A stretch of 64,000 bases of DNA, taken from Nemertoderma westbladi (Eukaryota; Animalia; Xenacoelomorpha). Location: NCBI GenBank assembly GCA_032718475.1, contig JAUCBJ010008128.1, positions 3,131 through 67,130 of the forward strand. Direction: 5' to 3'. The first letter of the stretch is position 1. Each line of letters starts with the position of its first letter. Both the position numbers and the translations under genes were made by a program. Below, in pieces: positions 12,044-22,745 of this stretch. A model generated the notes under the pieces. It saw only the letters and a program-made list of their open reading frames with translations. It was not told the origin of the DNA and did not search any database.

Positions 12044-13154
12044 TACTAGGATCGGCATGCTGCATTGCAGCTGCATTTTTAAGAATGCTGTGCCGGCTTG
12101 TCAACAAAATTGCACCGCCACAACTCCCTATCACCCATGACATTTGCTAGATCATCCGCATCTTTAAGGCCAGTGTCCTTTAAGATGCGTCTCAAGAAAG
12201 TCATGGGCTGTCCACCATGCTTATTCACTCCATGAGGCTGCCAAAGTACAAGATTATGCACTGGCTGGTCCTCACGGCGAAAGCAATGTCCTGCAAAGCG
12301 GAGGCGATTTTGTTCTAGTGTCAAGCTTGGGGGAACCAATGAGACACCTCCAATGTTATATAGTGTCTGGTTGGAGATGTGTGCATTGTACTTGACACAA
12401 TGTACCCGGCGTAGCATTCTTGTGAATGTGCCATCCAGAGATTTGGTGTCCTCAGCAGTTAGAGCCCAGCATGGACTCCCGTAGAGGAGTACTGGAACTA
12501 CTGCTGCTCTAAATAATCGGACCTTAAGTTTCCGATTAATTCTAGGTGACTTCCAAATCCTGGAAAGCCTATTCAAGGCTGCCCATGCCTTTCCCTTACG
12601 TATTCGAAGGTCCTCACCTGACTTCCGGATCCATGATCCCAGGTAACAGAAGTCGTCAACATGCTCAAGCATACCATCCTTTGAGCTTATGCTCATCCGA
12701 TCAGAGACTTGCTGAGGACTTTCAAAGTTAACTGTCAGAATTTTGGTCTTTCTGGAGTTAATAAAAAGACCAACACTAGAAGCAGCATGTTCTAATGAGC
12801 TGAGGAGCCGTTGGGCTCCCTCTAATGATTCTGAGAGTACTCCTAAGTCATCAGCAAAGTCTAGATCAGTTAGGTACTTGGCAGGATTTCCTCGACTTCT
12901 GGAGCCAGTAGGTGGAGTTATCATCACCCCATCATCATTATGATGATCTAAGGACATGCGTAGAACATAGTCAACCACAATAATGAACAAGAATGGTGCA
13001 AGTGTGTCTCCTTGGAGGACGCCCCATAACACTTCAAATGGTTCTGTGTCACCGTCAACAGTAGACACAAATGTTGTCGAACCATCGTATACTGATCTGA
13101 TTGCTGCAATAATTTCATCAGGAATCCCATATAATGAAACAAACCAGCCGGCTG
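12044..13154 (-). mobile_element. 5'-truncated RTE-clade LINE inserted in the leader of B, 11-bp TSD GTCTACAAACC
   Basis: TSD at 12033-12043 and 13155-13165; the homologous site is uninterrupted in element C (~39395); short TAG tail. Confidence 0.9.
12079..13068 (-). CDS. RTE-like reverse transcriptase, C-terminal part
   Basis: GVLQGDTLAPFLF, DLDFADD, FCYLGS, RLRFAGHCFR motifs. Confidence 0.9.
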   Translation of the reverse strand: MSTVDGDTEPFEVLWGVLQGDTLAPFLFIIVVDYVLRMSLDHHNDDGVMITPPTGSRSRGNPAKYLTDLDFADDLGVLSESLEGAQRLLSSLEHAASSVGLFINSRKTKILTVNFESPQQVSDRMSISSKDGMLEHVDDFCYLGSWIRKSGEDLRIRKGKAWAALNRLSRIWKSPRINRKLKVRLFRAAVVPVLLYGSPCWALTAEDTKSLDGTFTRMLRRVHCVKYNAHISNQTLYNIGGVSLVPPSLTLEQNRLRFAGHCFRREDQPVHNLVLWQPHGVNKHGGQPMTFLRRILKDTGLKDADDLANVMGDRELWRCNFVDKPAQHS

Positions 13155-13729
13155 GTCTACAAACCAGCCTAACAAAGGGTTAGAATTCTGGTTATTACAA
13201 CGGACAGGGTAATGCGGTATTTGAAATAATAAGTAGTAGTAAATACACTGCGTTGTCCAGATAGGAAAATACCACCGCCTGACGACCTATAGCCGTATCG
13301 CTATAGGTTCTACGTTATGTATCACGGAGTGTTCCTACCTAGAAGTTAATAGAGCTAATCGAACGTGCCTATTAACCACTTTACAACACAAATATAATGC
13401 CTACACTAATTACTTCGGAAAGTACTGTACACTAAACCCTAAATTAGGTACGAGTACTTGTACAACAGATAATCAGTAGTTAAATATACTTGAACAGCTA
13501 AAAGAACCACGGCATCTGCTGGAGTGACCGATGCACAAAATCACCAGTCTTTACCTACGCCAAGCAGCCCGTGTAGTACCGGGGTTAATTTAACTATAAC
13601 GGTATGTATAACAAACACAATTATTGTAGGAACAAACTTGGGGAATGAATGTTGCGAATAATCGCATAAACTCTGAATAATAAATATTACGCTACGCGTA
13701 CAAACTACTCAAACAAAATGCAGACCGAA

Positions 13730-14260
13730 CACTGACAGACTACCATCAAACCTAAACAAACTACGGTATATGCAGACTCCGAAATAATTAGGTAGTATGC
13801 GTTCTAACCCAGTAGTACGACTTATTCTTTAATTGGGGGTTTACCTTACAGCGTTCGCTGCGCCTACTTCCTAACCGTTCTTTATCGGACAAGTGATCTA
13901 CACACGCTGCAATCCGCTCAGACCTAATAACAGCCAGACAACTATCCAGCCTACAAATTATCTAAATAAAATTATACGCTACCCGTACAGACTTACACAA
14001 ACAAAGTACAGACTAAACGATGGCAGACTACTCTCAAGCCTAAACAAACTACAGGACATGCAGACTCCGAAATAATTAGGTAGTATGCGTTCTAACCCAG
14101 TAGTACGACTTATTCTTTAATTGGGGTTTACCTTACAGCATTCGCTGCCCCTACTTCCTAACCGTTCTTTATCGGACAGGTGATCTACACACACTGCAAT
14201 CTGTTCAGACTTAACAGCAATCAGACAACAGCTCAGCCTACAAATTGTCTGTACAATCTG
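13730..14260 (-). repeat. ~288-bp tandem duplication in the leader of B (shared with C at ~38270-38820)
   Basis: tgcagactccgaaataattaggtagtatgcg at ~13771 and ~14059. Confidence 0.85.
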
Positions 14261-14518
14261 ATCAGGTTTACACGCCTTCTGTTCAATACTGGCCTACAAA
14301 CAAATAAAACTTGCAGAAATAAGTAAACTTTACAAAAGAATGAGGGGTGATCAATCCCTATTCCCCTGTCAGCCTACAGTATACAATAGATCACAATCGA
14401 ATAATACTGCTGTACCTGTACTGTTGTAGGTACCGGTCCGGATGATCAGGCAGTCAGGCCTACTGGTTACCGGTCGACCGGTACTTTCGACTAGATTGCT
14501 TACACCGCAATCCAGAAG

Positions 14519-14531
14519 ATATATCCGTTAT
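14519..14531 (-). promoter_or_regulatory. Non-canonical PBS-position motif ATAACGGATATAT, complementary to LTR motif at 3017-3029
   Basis: Lies immediately after the 5' LTR terminal CA; no TGG; perfect 13-nt complement within the LTR. Confidence 0.65.
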
Positions 14532-15458
14532 TGTTCGCGCTTTCAGACCTTTGGCAGTTTAACCCGCCAAATTAGGATGTCTTCTAGATAATAAATCACC
14601 TTTAGCCTATGACAAGTATTTAATTCACTACACTAGTCGAAACCAATCTGTGCGCGATCATTCACCCGTTGGATATACCCGGGAGATTGGGTTCGACGGC
14701 TTAATTTTATTGCTATGTAAGCCTAATGTATTATTCGACTGACAGTATTATATAATCTCTGACAATATTATTCACCTTCGGGAAATATTAACAGTTCCTT
14801 TAGGATGTGGCGCTCTATCTATATAAACAGAGTTATGACTTAAACTACTCACAACGATATGGCTTAGTTACAATTCACATATATGGCGCATTCTTTAGGA
14901 AATGCTTCGTTATCAGTCTCACTCATACACAATGCTGCACAATACTGCACACTGATCTGCCGATCTTCACTGATTTTAGTCACATATAAAAGGAACATGG
15001 ACCGAATCATGTAGGGTCTATCAAATAACATTAGATTCACTTCAAACCACTCAACATAGGTCGCAATCATTTATCTGTAACCTTTCTCTCTTACCTTCGG
15101 TATATCAAGAATATTGGGTTTTCGGGGTTATTTGTCGTTATTCCAAATATAATAATTCATCAACCATATTATGAAGAACTGACAGTAAATAGCAGTACAA
15201 CAGTATAAAAGTATGTAAAAATATCAGCTGCTAGCCGTCGTCATGGTAGCGACACTGTTTTCAAGAGTATCGAGCTGTTACGTCACGGAATTACGGATTA
15301 TGTCCTCTAAAGTACAAATACAGAAGAAATAGCTTTTATGTCCGCTAAAACACCAGTACAGCAAGGACACGGCCTTTTTATGCCTGGTAAACCAACTACA
15401 GAGTATTTACGGGAAAAATAAGGAAAGATAACCGGACAATTCAGCAAAAGCTTTTACA
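14532..15458 (-). repeat. 5' LTR of element B (927 bp; ~143-bp deletion relative to the 3' LTR)
   Basis: Only a handful of substitutions versus 2280-3349; segment ~2964-3110 missing at ~15215. Confidence 0.95.
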
Positions 15459-17348
15459 GGGGGATCGCAAGTATCCCCAGCGGCGTGCGATCGAGCAGAG
15501 AGAGGCAGGTTGACGTCGCGAGAGGGCGGACGGAGCGTCGAGCCCGATCAGAAGAGGGAAGAAGAACAGTGGAGTTTAACCGGGAGGTCGACGAGAGATC
15601 TCACGAGCGGGAATACTGCACTGAAAGAAGAAGAAGAGAAGACGGTAGGAGAAGTATCGCCGCGAACGATAGAAGAGCGAGGACGGATAGTGAGCCGTCG
15701 GTAGTTGAGATGGAAGGAGAGAGTCGCTGGGGTCGAACTACGGGAGATTGCCGTCGCCCCAGAGAGATGCGACCCGACGAGGCGCACTACGCGTCGAGAG
15801 AGGGGTACATGATGTACCGGCACGAAGATGAGAGCAGTAGAGGGGGTGGAAGAGAAACTTTCCGACGGGATATACCTGCCGATCGAGAATACGGTAGCCG
15901 CGGGGAGGATTATTCGAGAAGAATAAACTTCGATCCCGAGCAACACATACAGACTGTAGGACATACTGTAGGCCTTACTGCACATACCATAGGCCATGCT
16001 GACAGAGGCAATGTAGGCGATAGGATAGCGCGGACGACGGGATTAAACCCGGAAGTTGCGGAATACATTCCGGTAGGTAGGCCAGAAGCGGATAGGCCTA
16101 TACCGGTACCAGTGCAGCAGTATGACTACAGCACCAAAGGATATAACATATACCCAGGGGAGGGGGGAATTATTGCGGATAGATGCATGGGCCCCAATAT
16201 ATTAACATCAACCCCAGTACCAAACATACTGGTGGGGGGGGGGGGGGGACAGGGTGACATTCCCCCATCACAATATCAACAATATACCCCGATAGGCGAG
16301 TCCCTTGGATGAAAATAGGTCGTGTGACACAGAAATATGGAGGGGGCCGCTACCCCCAATGACATACCCAAGTCAAAGGAAATCAGGAAATAGGACGGAC
16401 AGACAGCACCAGACAGGAGAAACCATACAGCATCCATCGAACCCATTGGAAGCGCAGGCGATGGGGATGGCCACGTTAATCGATGCGTTGAAAACGAGGA
16501 TCGAATTACCGCCCGTGGAACCATTCAAATTCGATGGGAGTAGGCCGGAAGAATATCTACAGTTTCGGCGTATGTACAGTAACGAAATACTAACAAAGAA
16601 CTTAATGCAGGCGGAGTGCCTAAAATATCTGCAAGTATACACGGGAGGCCCAGCATACGATATCGTGAGGCAATATCAAGGCATAGAGGGCGGCTTCACG
16701 ACAGCATGGCGGGCACTGGACAGGGAATACGGGCACCCGGCCAAGATCATCAGGCAAACACTGATAGGCATAACATCGGGTGGCCTACAGGATAACCCCG
16801 TTAGCATTAAGACATTTGCTAACAAAGTCGAAAAGGCGCTAATCATGCTAAAGACGCTAGACGCACCATACGAGCTCAACGCGTCCAATAATATCACCAC
16901 GATAGCGCAGGTACTACCGATCTGGCTGCGCAACAAGTGGAGAAAAATCGCCTTCTCCACTCGAGATAGAAAGGGTGCGGAACCGGGTATAAAAGAAATG
17001 TCAAACTTCTTAAATTACGAAGCTGAACTAATAACCGACCCAGTCTATAGTGAAGATAGCCTGGGAAAGGGACCAAAGACGGATTACCATAGACCGAAAC
17101 CAGAGCATAACACATCAAACGCATTACCGAGGCTCATGCAATCATTGCTATATGCAGCGACGCAGGGGACTACGAGTCCACAGCTAGCCGAAGACAAGAC
17201 CACACCATGGAACGGACAGGGGAACAATAACAACACGAATAAATATAACCCCAGTACGTCCAGTAGGCCGAATGCAAACAATAAGAATAGTAGGGACTTT
17301 GATACAAACACAGCTGCGATACGCGATGCACTGCATAAGGACGGCTGA
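15459..17348 (+). pseudogene. gag: Element A Gag, continuation (ORFs 15485-16312 and 16305-17348; frameshift near poly-G at 16234-16248)
   Basis: IELPPVEPFKFDGSRPEEYLQF, CLKYLQVYTGGPA, AWRALDREYGHP, LPIWLRNKW: BEL/Pao DUF1759-type Gag. Confidence 0.85.
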
Positions 17349-17365
17349 ATGCGCTTCATAAAACC

Positions 17366-18928
17366 ATGAACTGCAGGTACTGGCAAGCACTACCCAGAGA
17401 AGATCAGGTAGAATATGCGGCGAGAAATGACATCTGCTCGCGATGCGTGATGAGTGGACATAAGGATAGGCAATGCAAAGAGACGCCGGTCAAGTTCGGT
17501 CAGAGGAAAGGCCAAACAATGGCAATGAGCACGGTAGGGGCGAAGAAGAGAGGAACGGGCCTACTTGGGGTAGTACCAGTGCGAGTGATTGGAGAAGGCA
17601 ATCGATCAGTAACCACACTGATGCTGGTTGATAGTGGAGCTGCCTTCACATTAGTCGAGGAATGGGTGGCCGAAGAGATAGGATTGAGAACGAGGCCAAG
17701 CAGAATGGCGGTAACAACCATCTCTAGCAAAGATGAGATCCTGGAGATGAGGACCGGATGGTGCGCAATTGCAGCGATGGCACCGGGATGCGACTACGGG
17801 GTGACCATCGACCCTGTCCAAGTGATAGAGTCAATTAACATCAATGCCAGGCGGCCAACCAATATCGAGGTCGAGCAATATAAATTCCTGGACGACATTG
17901 ACTTCTCAATCCCAGAAGTGGACGTTAGGAAGGTATCCATCATAGTAGGAATGGACTGCCCAACGGCCCACGAAAGAATGCAAACGGTCTTCGGCGAAGA
18001 CAAACAGTGTGACCCGGTGGCGATATTAACACCATTCGGGTGGACACTGACAGGCCCAATTAGAAGTAATATACCATTCCATGTGTCTGAGAGTTCAGGA
18101 TGCATGGTGCCAGGAACTATTGACGAGATAGAGGAGAGGCCAGAGACGGGCAATAGTGGTAGACAGCTACAAGTGGAAGCAACACCAAGAGAGTGGGCGG
18201 AGGAGAATGGCATGGATGCAGAAGATCTAGAGATGATGGGTTGGAACAGGAGTCCCAGCAAGAATCGGTATGGAGATGGAGAGGAGCGGACGGCGAAATG
18301 TCCGGGGGACAGGCCGGAGGAGTGTCCAGAAGAGATGCCGGTCCGGTTGGGAGGCATGCCGACAAGGGGGAGGCCGAGCAGGAGGACTAAATGGAAAGGG
18401 AGAAGATTTGAGACAACCAAACCAGGGGCTGAGAAGCCCGTGGGTGGGCATGTGATGGACGAAGGAGCCGGGAAAGTAGGAGGCGTGCTGCATACGCACG
18501 CGGGACTGACAGAGTGTGAGGGGGCATTACATGGACAGAGATCGTGTGTACCGAAGGACGAACGGGGGTCGTCGAGGCCTTTAATGCCAGCACACATATT
18601 AAGGGGGAGGCCAGCAGAGGTGGCATCTAAGATTAAGGAGAAGAACAGGGGCGGCATTATACCGCCGGGCGACACGTTGAAGGGTGGCACTTTGCCGCCA
18701 AGGGACGACCACGAGAAATTTAGCAACATAAATAACAGACAGCATTTCCAAAGGAGACAGGAGAAAAGACCACCTATCGAATTGACAAGGATAGCGGAGC
18801 GAAGAATTAGAGAACCTATAGGGGGGCAGTGGGAGAGTTGCCTGCTGGAGGAATCACCCCTTAGGTCGCTGAGTCGTCCAATAAGTTGGACCAAGATGAA
18901 AGAATTAGATCCGCAGAAGTGCGGGTAG
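17366..18928 (+). CDS. Element A zinc knuckle + aspartic protease + integrase-tail remnants (RT/RH/IN core absent)
   Basis: CSRCVMSGHKDRQC; LMLVDSGAAFT; AILTPFGWTLTGP; later RPLMPAHILRG and LSRPIS resemble BEL integrase-end motifs. Confidence 0.8.
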   Translation: MNCRYWQALPREDQVEYAARNDICSRCVMSGHKDRQCKETPVKFGQRKGQTMAMSTVGAKKRGTGLLGVVPVRVIGEGNRSVTTLMLVDSGAAFTLVEEWVAEEIGLRTRPSRMAVTTISSKDEILEMRTGWCAIAAMAPGCDYGVTIDPVQVIESININARRPTNIEVEQYKFLDDIDFSIPEVDVRKVSIIVGMDCPTAHERMQTVFGEDKQCDPVAILTPFGWTLTGPIRSNIPFHVSESSGCMVPGTIDEIEERPETGNSGRQLQVEATPREWAEENGMDAEDLEMMGWNRSPSKNRYGDGEERTAKCPGDRPEECPEEMPVRLGGMPTRGRPSRRTKWKGRRFETTKPGAEKPVGGHVMDEGAGKVGGVLHTHAGLTECEGALHGQRSCVPKDERGSSRPLMPAHILRGRPAEVASKIKEKNRGGIIPPGDTLKGGTLPPRDDHEKFSNINNRQHFQRRQEKRPPIELTRIAERRIREPIGGQWESCLLEESPLRSLSRPISWTKMKELDPQKCG

Positions 18929-19069
18929 AGGTGTTACCTGTCTGTTAGAAGGGGCACCTTAATTTGGAGTTAAAGAGAGTTTAGTCGTCCAAGTTTTGGA
19001 CTGAGGGGGTGGGATTGAGGGCGAGACGCCCTTCCCACACATAAAAATAAAAAATAAATAAATAAAAAT

Positions 19070-19595
19070 TAGAGTTAGTTAGTTCGGAGTCAGTTAGAAG
19101 GTACGTAGTACCTAGAGTTAGTTAGTTAGGAGGTACGTAGTACCGTCAGTTAGTAGAGTTAGTTAGTTAGAAGGTACGTAGTACCGTCAGTTAGTAGAGT
19201 TAGTTAGTTAGGAGGTACGTAGTACCGCTAGAGAGTTGGAGGGTACGTAGTACTGCTAGTTAGAGAAGAGTTAGAGGGTACGTAGTACCGTTAGTTAGAG
19301 AGTTAGAGGGTACGTAGTGCCGTTAGTTAGAGAGTTAGAGGGTACGTAGTACCGCTAGTTAGAGAGTTAGAGGGTACGTAGTACCGCTAGTTAGAGAAGA
19401 GTTAGAGGGTACGTAGTACCGTTAGTTAGAGAGTTAGAGGGTACGTAGTACCGTTAGTTAGAGAGTTAGAGGGTACGTAGTACCGTTAGTTAGAGAGTTA
19501 GAGGGTACGTAGTACCGTTAGTTAGAGTGTTAGAGGGTACGTAGTACCGCTAGTTAGAGAAGAGTTAGAGGGTACGTAGTACCGTTAGTTAGCTA
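19070..19595 (+). repeat. ~32-35-bp minisatellite (~15 copies) ttagttagagagttagagggtacgtagtaccg inside element A
   Basis: Direct inspection; each unit contains the GGTAC-GTA-GTACC dyad. Confidence 0.95.
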
Positions 19596-20012
19596 AGGAG
19601 AGTAAGAGTCAGTAAGAAAGTATATAGTACTAGTTAGTAAGAGAAAGAAATAGAGGTAGTAGGGTATATACAGATATAGATATCAGTTAGTAGTTAGTAG
19701 CAAGAGGGGGGCATATGAGTACAGCTGGATAAATCGTGTGGCCACACGACGCATACTGTTGTACTGCATAGGCCCACAGAGTAGGCCAGAATGTGGATTA
19801 GGAGATAGAATAACCCATAGGCAGTAGCAAATAATAGAAATAGTAGGACAATAGGATTGAAATCAAAATAAAGTTAAAATAGAATAGAATAGGGCTAAGA
19901 AGGGGAACAAAATTATGATAACAGTAGTAAGAATGGGCAATAACTCAGAAACTCAGAAAGAAATAGGCCATCGAACTGAACTTAAACCACCTAAACCCAT
20001 CACTCACCACGT

Positions 20013-21383
20013 TTGCGCCTTGGCAAGGCACCACCTACGGGTGAGCGATCGGGCAGAGTTCGAGATGGCAGGCAAACTAGATGGGAGAGGAGAGAAGCAG
20101 AAGAGAGGGAGGAGGAAGCTAGGGCGCAGAGCTACGGCTTCGAGGAACAAGCGGCCTTAGATGAACTTCATTGGGCTTCGTCAGGGAGTTCGGGGGAGTC
20201 TCTAGGCAAAGAACTGGGGTGTACGGTGGGATCACCGAAGCAGTCGACGTCGGGATTGCAAGCGATGCCCATACCAGCGGGCGCCGAGGGCGATAAACCG
20301 CAGAGGAAGCTAGGGGAGCTTGAAGAATGGAGAGTTACGGGCAAGAGCCAAGGCGGGAAGGGACATAGTGGGTCCACCAGGATACCGGGGTTGGAACCAC
20401 TGCGAGAGGAGGACGAGGACGACGACGAGTTCGGGGAGATGCCGCCCAACGAGAGGATAGGCCACTTGGACACGGACTGGGTTGGCGGGAGGGTGGTGAC
20501 GGCCAGTGGGGCGAGAGCCTTCTGGGATAAACCCGGCAAGCGGGCCTGGGTGCACGAGGAGCCGGTGATGGATTTCGCGGGGAGCACTATCAGGTTGGGC
20601 GAGCAACCGGGGACGGCACCACGGGTAGTATTCGGAGAGACGATGCCCGGGAGGGGCGAGGAGATCGACGTAAACGGGGACGCTAACGTCCAGAAGTTCA
20701 CCTATCAGCGGCTCCACAGACCGCGGAGATCGCTTGGGACGAAAGATGACTTGGGGCGGGAGACATTGGTACTCGGTTGCGACTACTGTGGGAGACAGAC
20801 CCACCAGGAAAGGAGCTGTTTGTACCGGTTCCAGAAAGGGACCAGCTGTCTCTACTGCCACGAAACGAGCCACAGGATGGGAGCGTGTCCACGGTTGCAT
20901 AACCGATGTCCGAAGTGCAACTTTCGGGGACACTACGGGCGCCAGTGCGACTGGATGGACGATGAGGAGAAGTTTAGGACCTTCGAAGAATGGGCCGACG
21001 TCGGGGCCATGACACGGCAGCGCATGAAGGCCCAGGAGTTTAAGTGGGGTTTCTTCCTAATCAACCAGGAGGCTCACTTGGAAATCATAAAGAGGAGGTT
21101 ACCGTTTACCTATCAAGAGGTAGCAACGGCGGCGTCATTTGCCGGGGTAATGAATACGCAAAGGTATTTGGACAGGTGGACGCCACAGAACCGAGGGGCG
21201 TTTAGGGATTTCTTGGCGGAGCACGTACCGCGAGCAATGAAGATGATCTTATGGGACGCCACCAGGGGGAGACAACAAGGCCACTCGGAGGGGCCACCGG
21301 CGAAGCGATATCGGGCACTAATAACACCAGCGCCCAAGGAGCCAACAACCGGAATCAGTAGGGAGGTGGCAGCGAAAGTCTGA
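20013..21383 (+). CDS. Accessory ORF of element A with three tandem CCHC zinc knuckles (456 aa as called; start uncertain)
   Basis: CDYCGRQTHQERSC, CLYCHETSHRMGAC, CPKCNFRGHYGRQC; uninterrupted ORF between the pol remnant and the 3' LTR. Confidence 0.75.
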   Translation: MRLGKAPPTGERSGRVRDGRQTRWERREAEEREEEARAQSYGFEEQAALDELHWASSGSSGESLGKELGCTVGSPKQSTSGLQAMPIPAGAEGDKPQRKLGELEEWRVTGKSQGGKGHSGSTRIPGLEPLREEDEDDDEFGEMPPNERIGHLDTDWVGGRVVTASGARAFWDKPGKRAWVHEEPVMDFAGSTIRLGEQPGTAPRVVFGETMPGRGEEIDVNGDANVQKFTYQRLHRPRRSLGTKDDLGRETLVLGCDYCGRQTHQERSCLYRFQKGTSCLYCHETSHRMGACPRLHNRCPKCNFRGHYGRQCDWMDDEEKFRTFEEWADVGAMTRQRMKAQEFKWGFFLINQEAHLEIIKRRLPFTYQEVATAASFAGVMNTQRYLDRWTPQNRGAFRDFLAEHVPRAMKMILWDATRGRQQGHSEGPPAKRYRALITPAPKEPTTGISREVAAKV

Positions 21384-22186
21384 AGGCAGAAAGTGGATCC
21401 CAGAGGAGCGGTAGTGACCAAGAAACGACCCAGGGAGGAGGACGCCAGAGGGAACTACCCTCATAGGGACAAATAGGTTCCCAGGGTGGGGGGAGAGAAA
21501 CTGAGACTTGGACGTGGTACGCCTGGAAGGCGCCACGTGGGACGTGCGAACTATTAAATACAAATTAAAATGATGCAAGCAATAAATAAGTGCAATTTGT
21601 ATGTACGTACGTAGTAATCAGTAGTTTAGTCATAAATATACATTCGAAGTAAGTATTATAGTCATACAACCTTTTCCAATTAGCTACTGGACCGGGGAGA
21701 ACTGACTATGACGAACGAGACACCAGACGATTTCACACTTCTTGAGTGCGACGGCACAGGAGGGGGGGTAAGATTCGTCAGAAGGAATAAGGCGGTTAAA
21801 GAGAGTAGAGAGTAATAGTGCGGAGAAGAGTGCGGATGCAATTCTAGTGTGGGGGGGGGGGGGGGGGAGGAATAAGAGGCTGAGTGAGGGACAGGAAAGT
21901 CCGAGAGTTAGAGCGGGAGAGAGGAGAGTCTGTATGAGAGAAGAGTAGAGTCAGGGCGAAAGTGTTGGGGTAACAAAAGTCGTGTGAGAGGCGAGCGCGA
22001 TCGGCCCGACATGGGACGCCAGGCAAACCGGGTAGTGACATCATACCCATAGGGAGCGGCCTGGAAAGCCGGCTCCGAGAGAAAAGAATTCCACCCCACA
22101 CCCGATACTAGATCGGGATCCAGCGGGATTGTAGCACACTTAAGGTGGATGCTATCTTCTCACCGGGAATATAGCATGGGGGGGAG

Positions 22187-22745
22187 TGTTAGCTTATTCA
22201 ATCCCGCTAACACCCCTTAAAGTTAAGCCGATAAGCAATATTGGGGGACACGAGATTGGGCAATCAATCACTCGTGTCACCCCAACAAAATGGGAAGGAG
22301 GAACACACAATAAGGGTCAGGGGCCAAACCCCTAACCGAGAGAGAATAGCTGGGGTGAACGGGAACACTCCAAAGGGCGCCAACAAGGGTATCAACCAAT
22401 CAGAGGGGGGGAAGCATCAATCAGGTAGAGTAACAAGGCCAACCCGTGCAATATAGCCAGTTGGCAGTAATCATATCAGTTCAGTTATCTCAGTATCATG
22501 TTGGTGCTAGTTAGGTTAGTTAGTTTAGCTAGGGAAGGACCGGGACTTTAATTACCGTAACCCGCCTTCCGTATACGACAACATTATTCATATGCCTATA
22601 TCTATATACCCTATGTCTATATATCCGTACAACCGATTATTATATACGACGAACGACAGGAACTCCTTTTACCTTTCATACACACGGCGGGGACGCGTGA
22701 ACTAAACAACCGGATAAACCGGGATCCTTCCTGGATCCCGTCACA
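22187..22745 (+). repeat. Putative 3' LTR of element A (559 bp)
   Basis: PPT GGGGGGGAG (22178-22186), then TGTTAGC...GTCACA; CRE-like coding sequence begins right after 22745. Partner LTR is not in the window. Confidence 0.75.

Larger units (their letters stand above)
2280..15458 (-). mobile_element. BEL/Pao LTR retrotransposon B, both LTRs present, Gag-protease only, TSD GGGGG
   Basis: Near-identical direct repeats 2280-3349 and 14532-15458 with TG...CA ends. GGGGG at 2275-2279 and 15459-15463. 1637-aa minus-strand ORF. Confidence 0.95.
1..22745 (+). mobile_element. BEL/Pao LTR retrotransposon A (degenerate, non-autonomous; 5' LTR outside window; interrupted by element B at 2280-15458)
   Basis: Purine-rich coding sequence resumes across the GGGGG TSD of B. 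Gag (PFKFDGSRPEEY...YTGGPA), CCHC knuckle and DSG protease follow, then PPT GGGGGGGAG and a TG...CA LTR at 22187-22745. Confidence 0.8.

Noticed and set aside
19070-19595. Telomeric repeat
   Set aside because: TTAG-rich but not (TTAGG)n or (TTAGGG)n; it is a 32-35-bp internal minisatellite.
627-21421. Antisense ORFs over element A (627-1643, 17794-18894, 20310-20933 and similar) and short ORFs within LTRs
   Set aside because: Shadow frames of purine-rich sense ORFs with no recognisable motifs.
21757-21900. Alternative PPT / LTR start for element A
   Set aside because: These purine runs are not followed by a TG terminus; 22187 has PPT+TG and a matching CA at the CRE junction.
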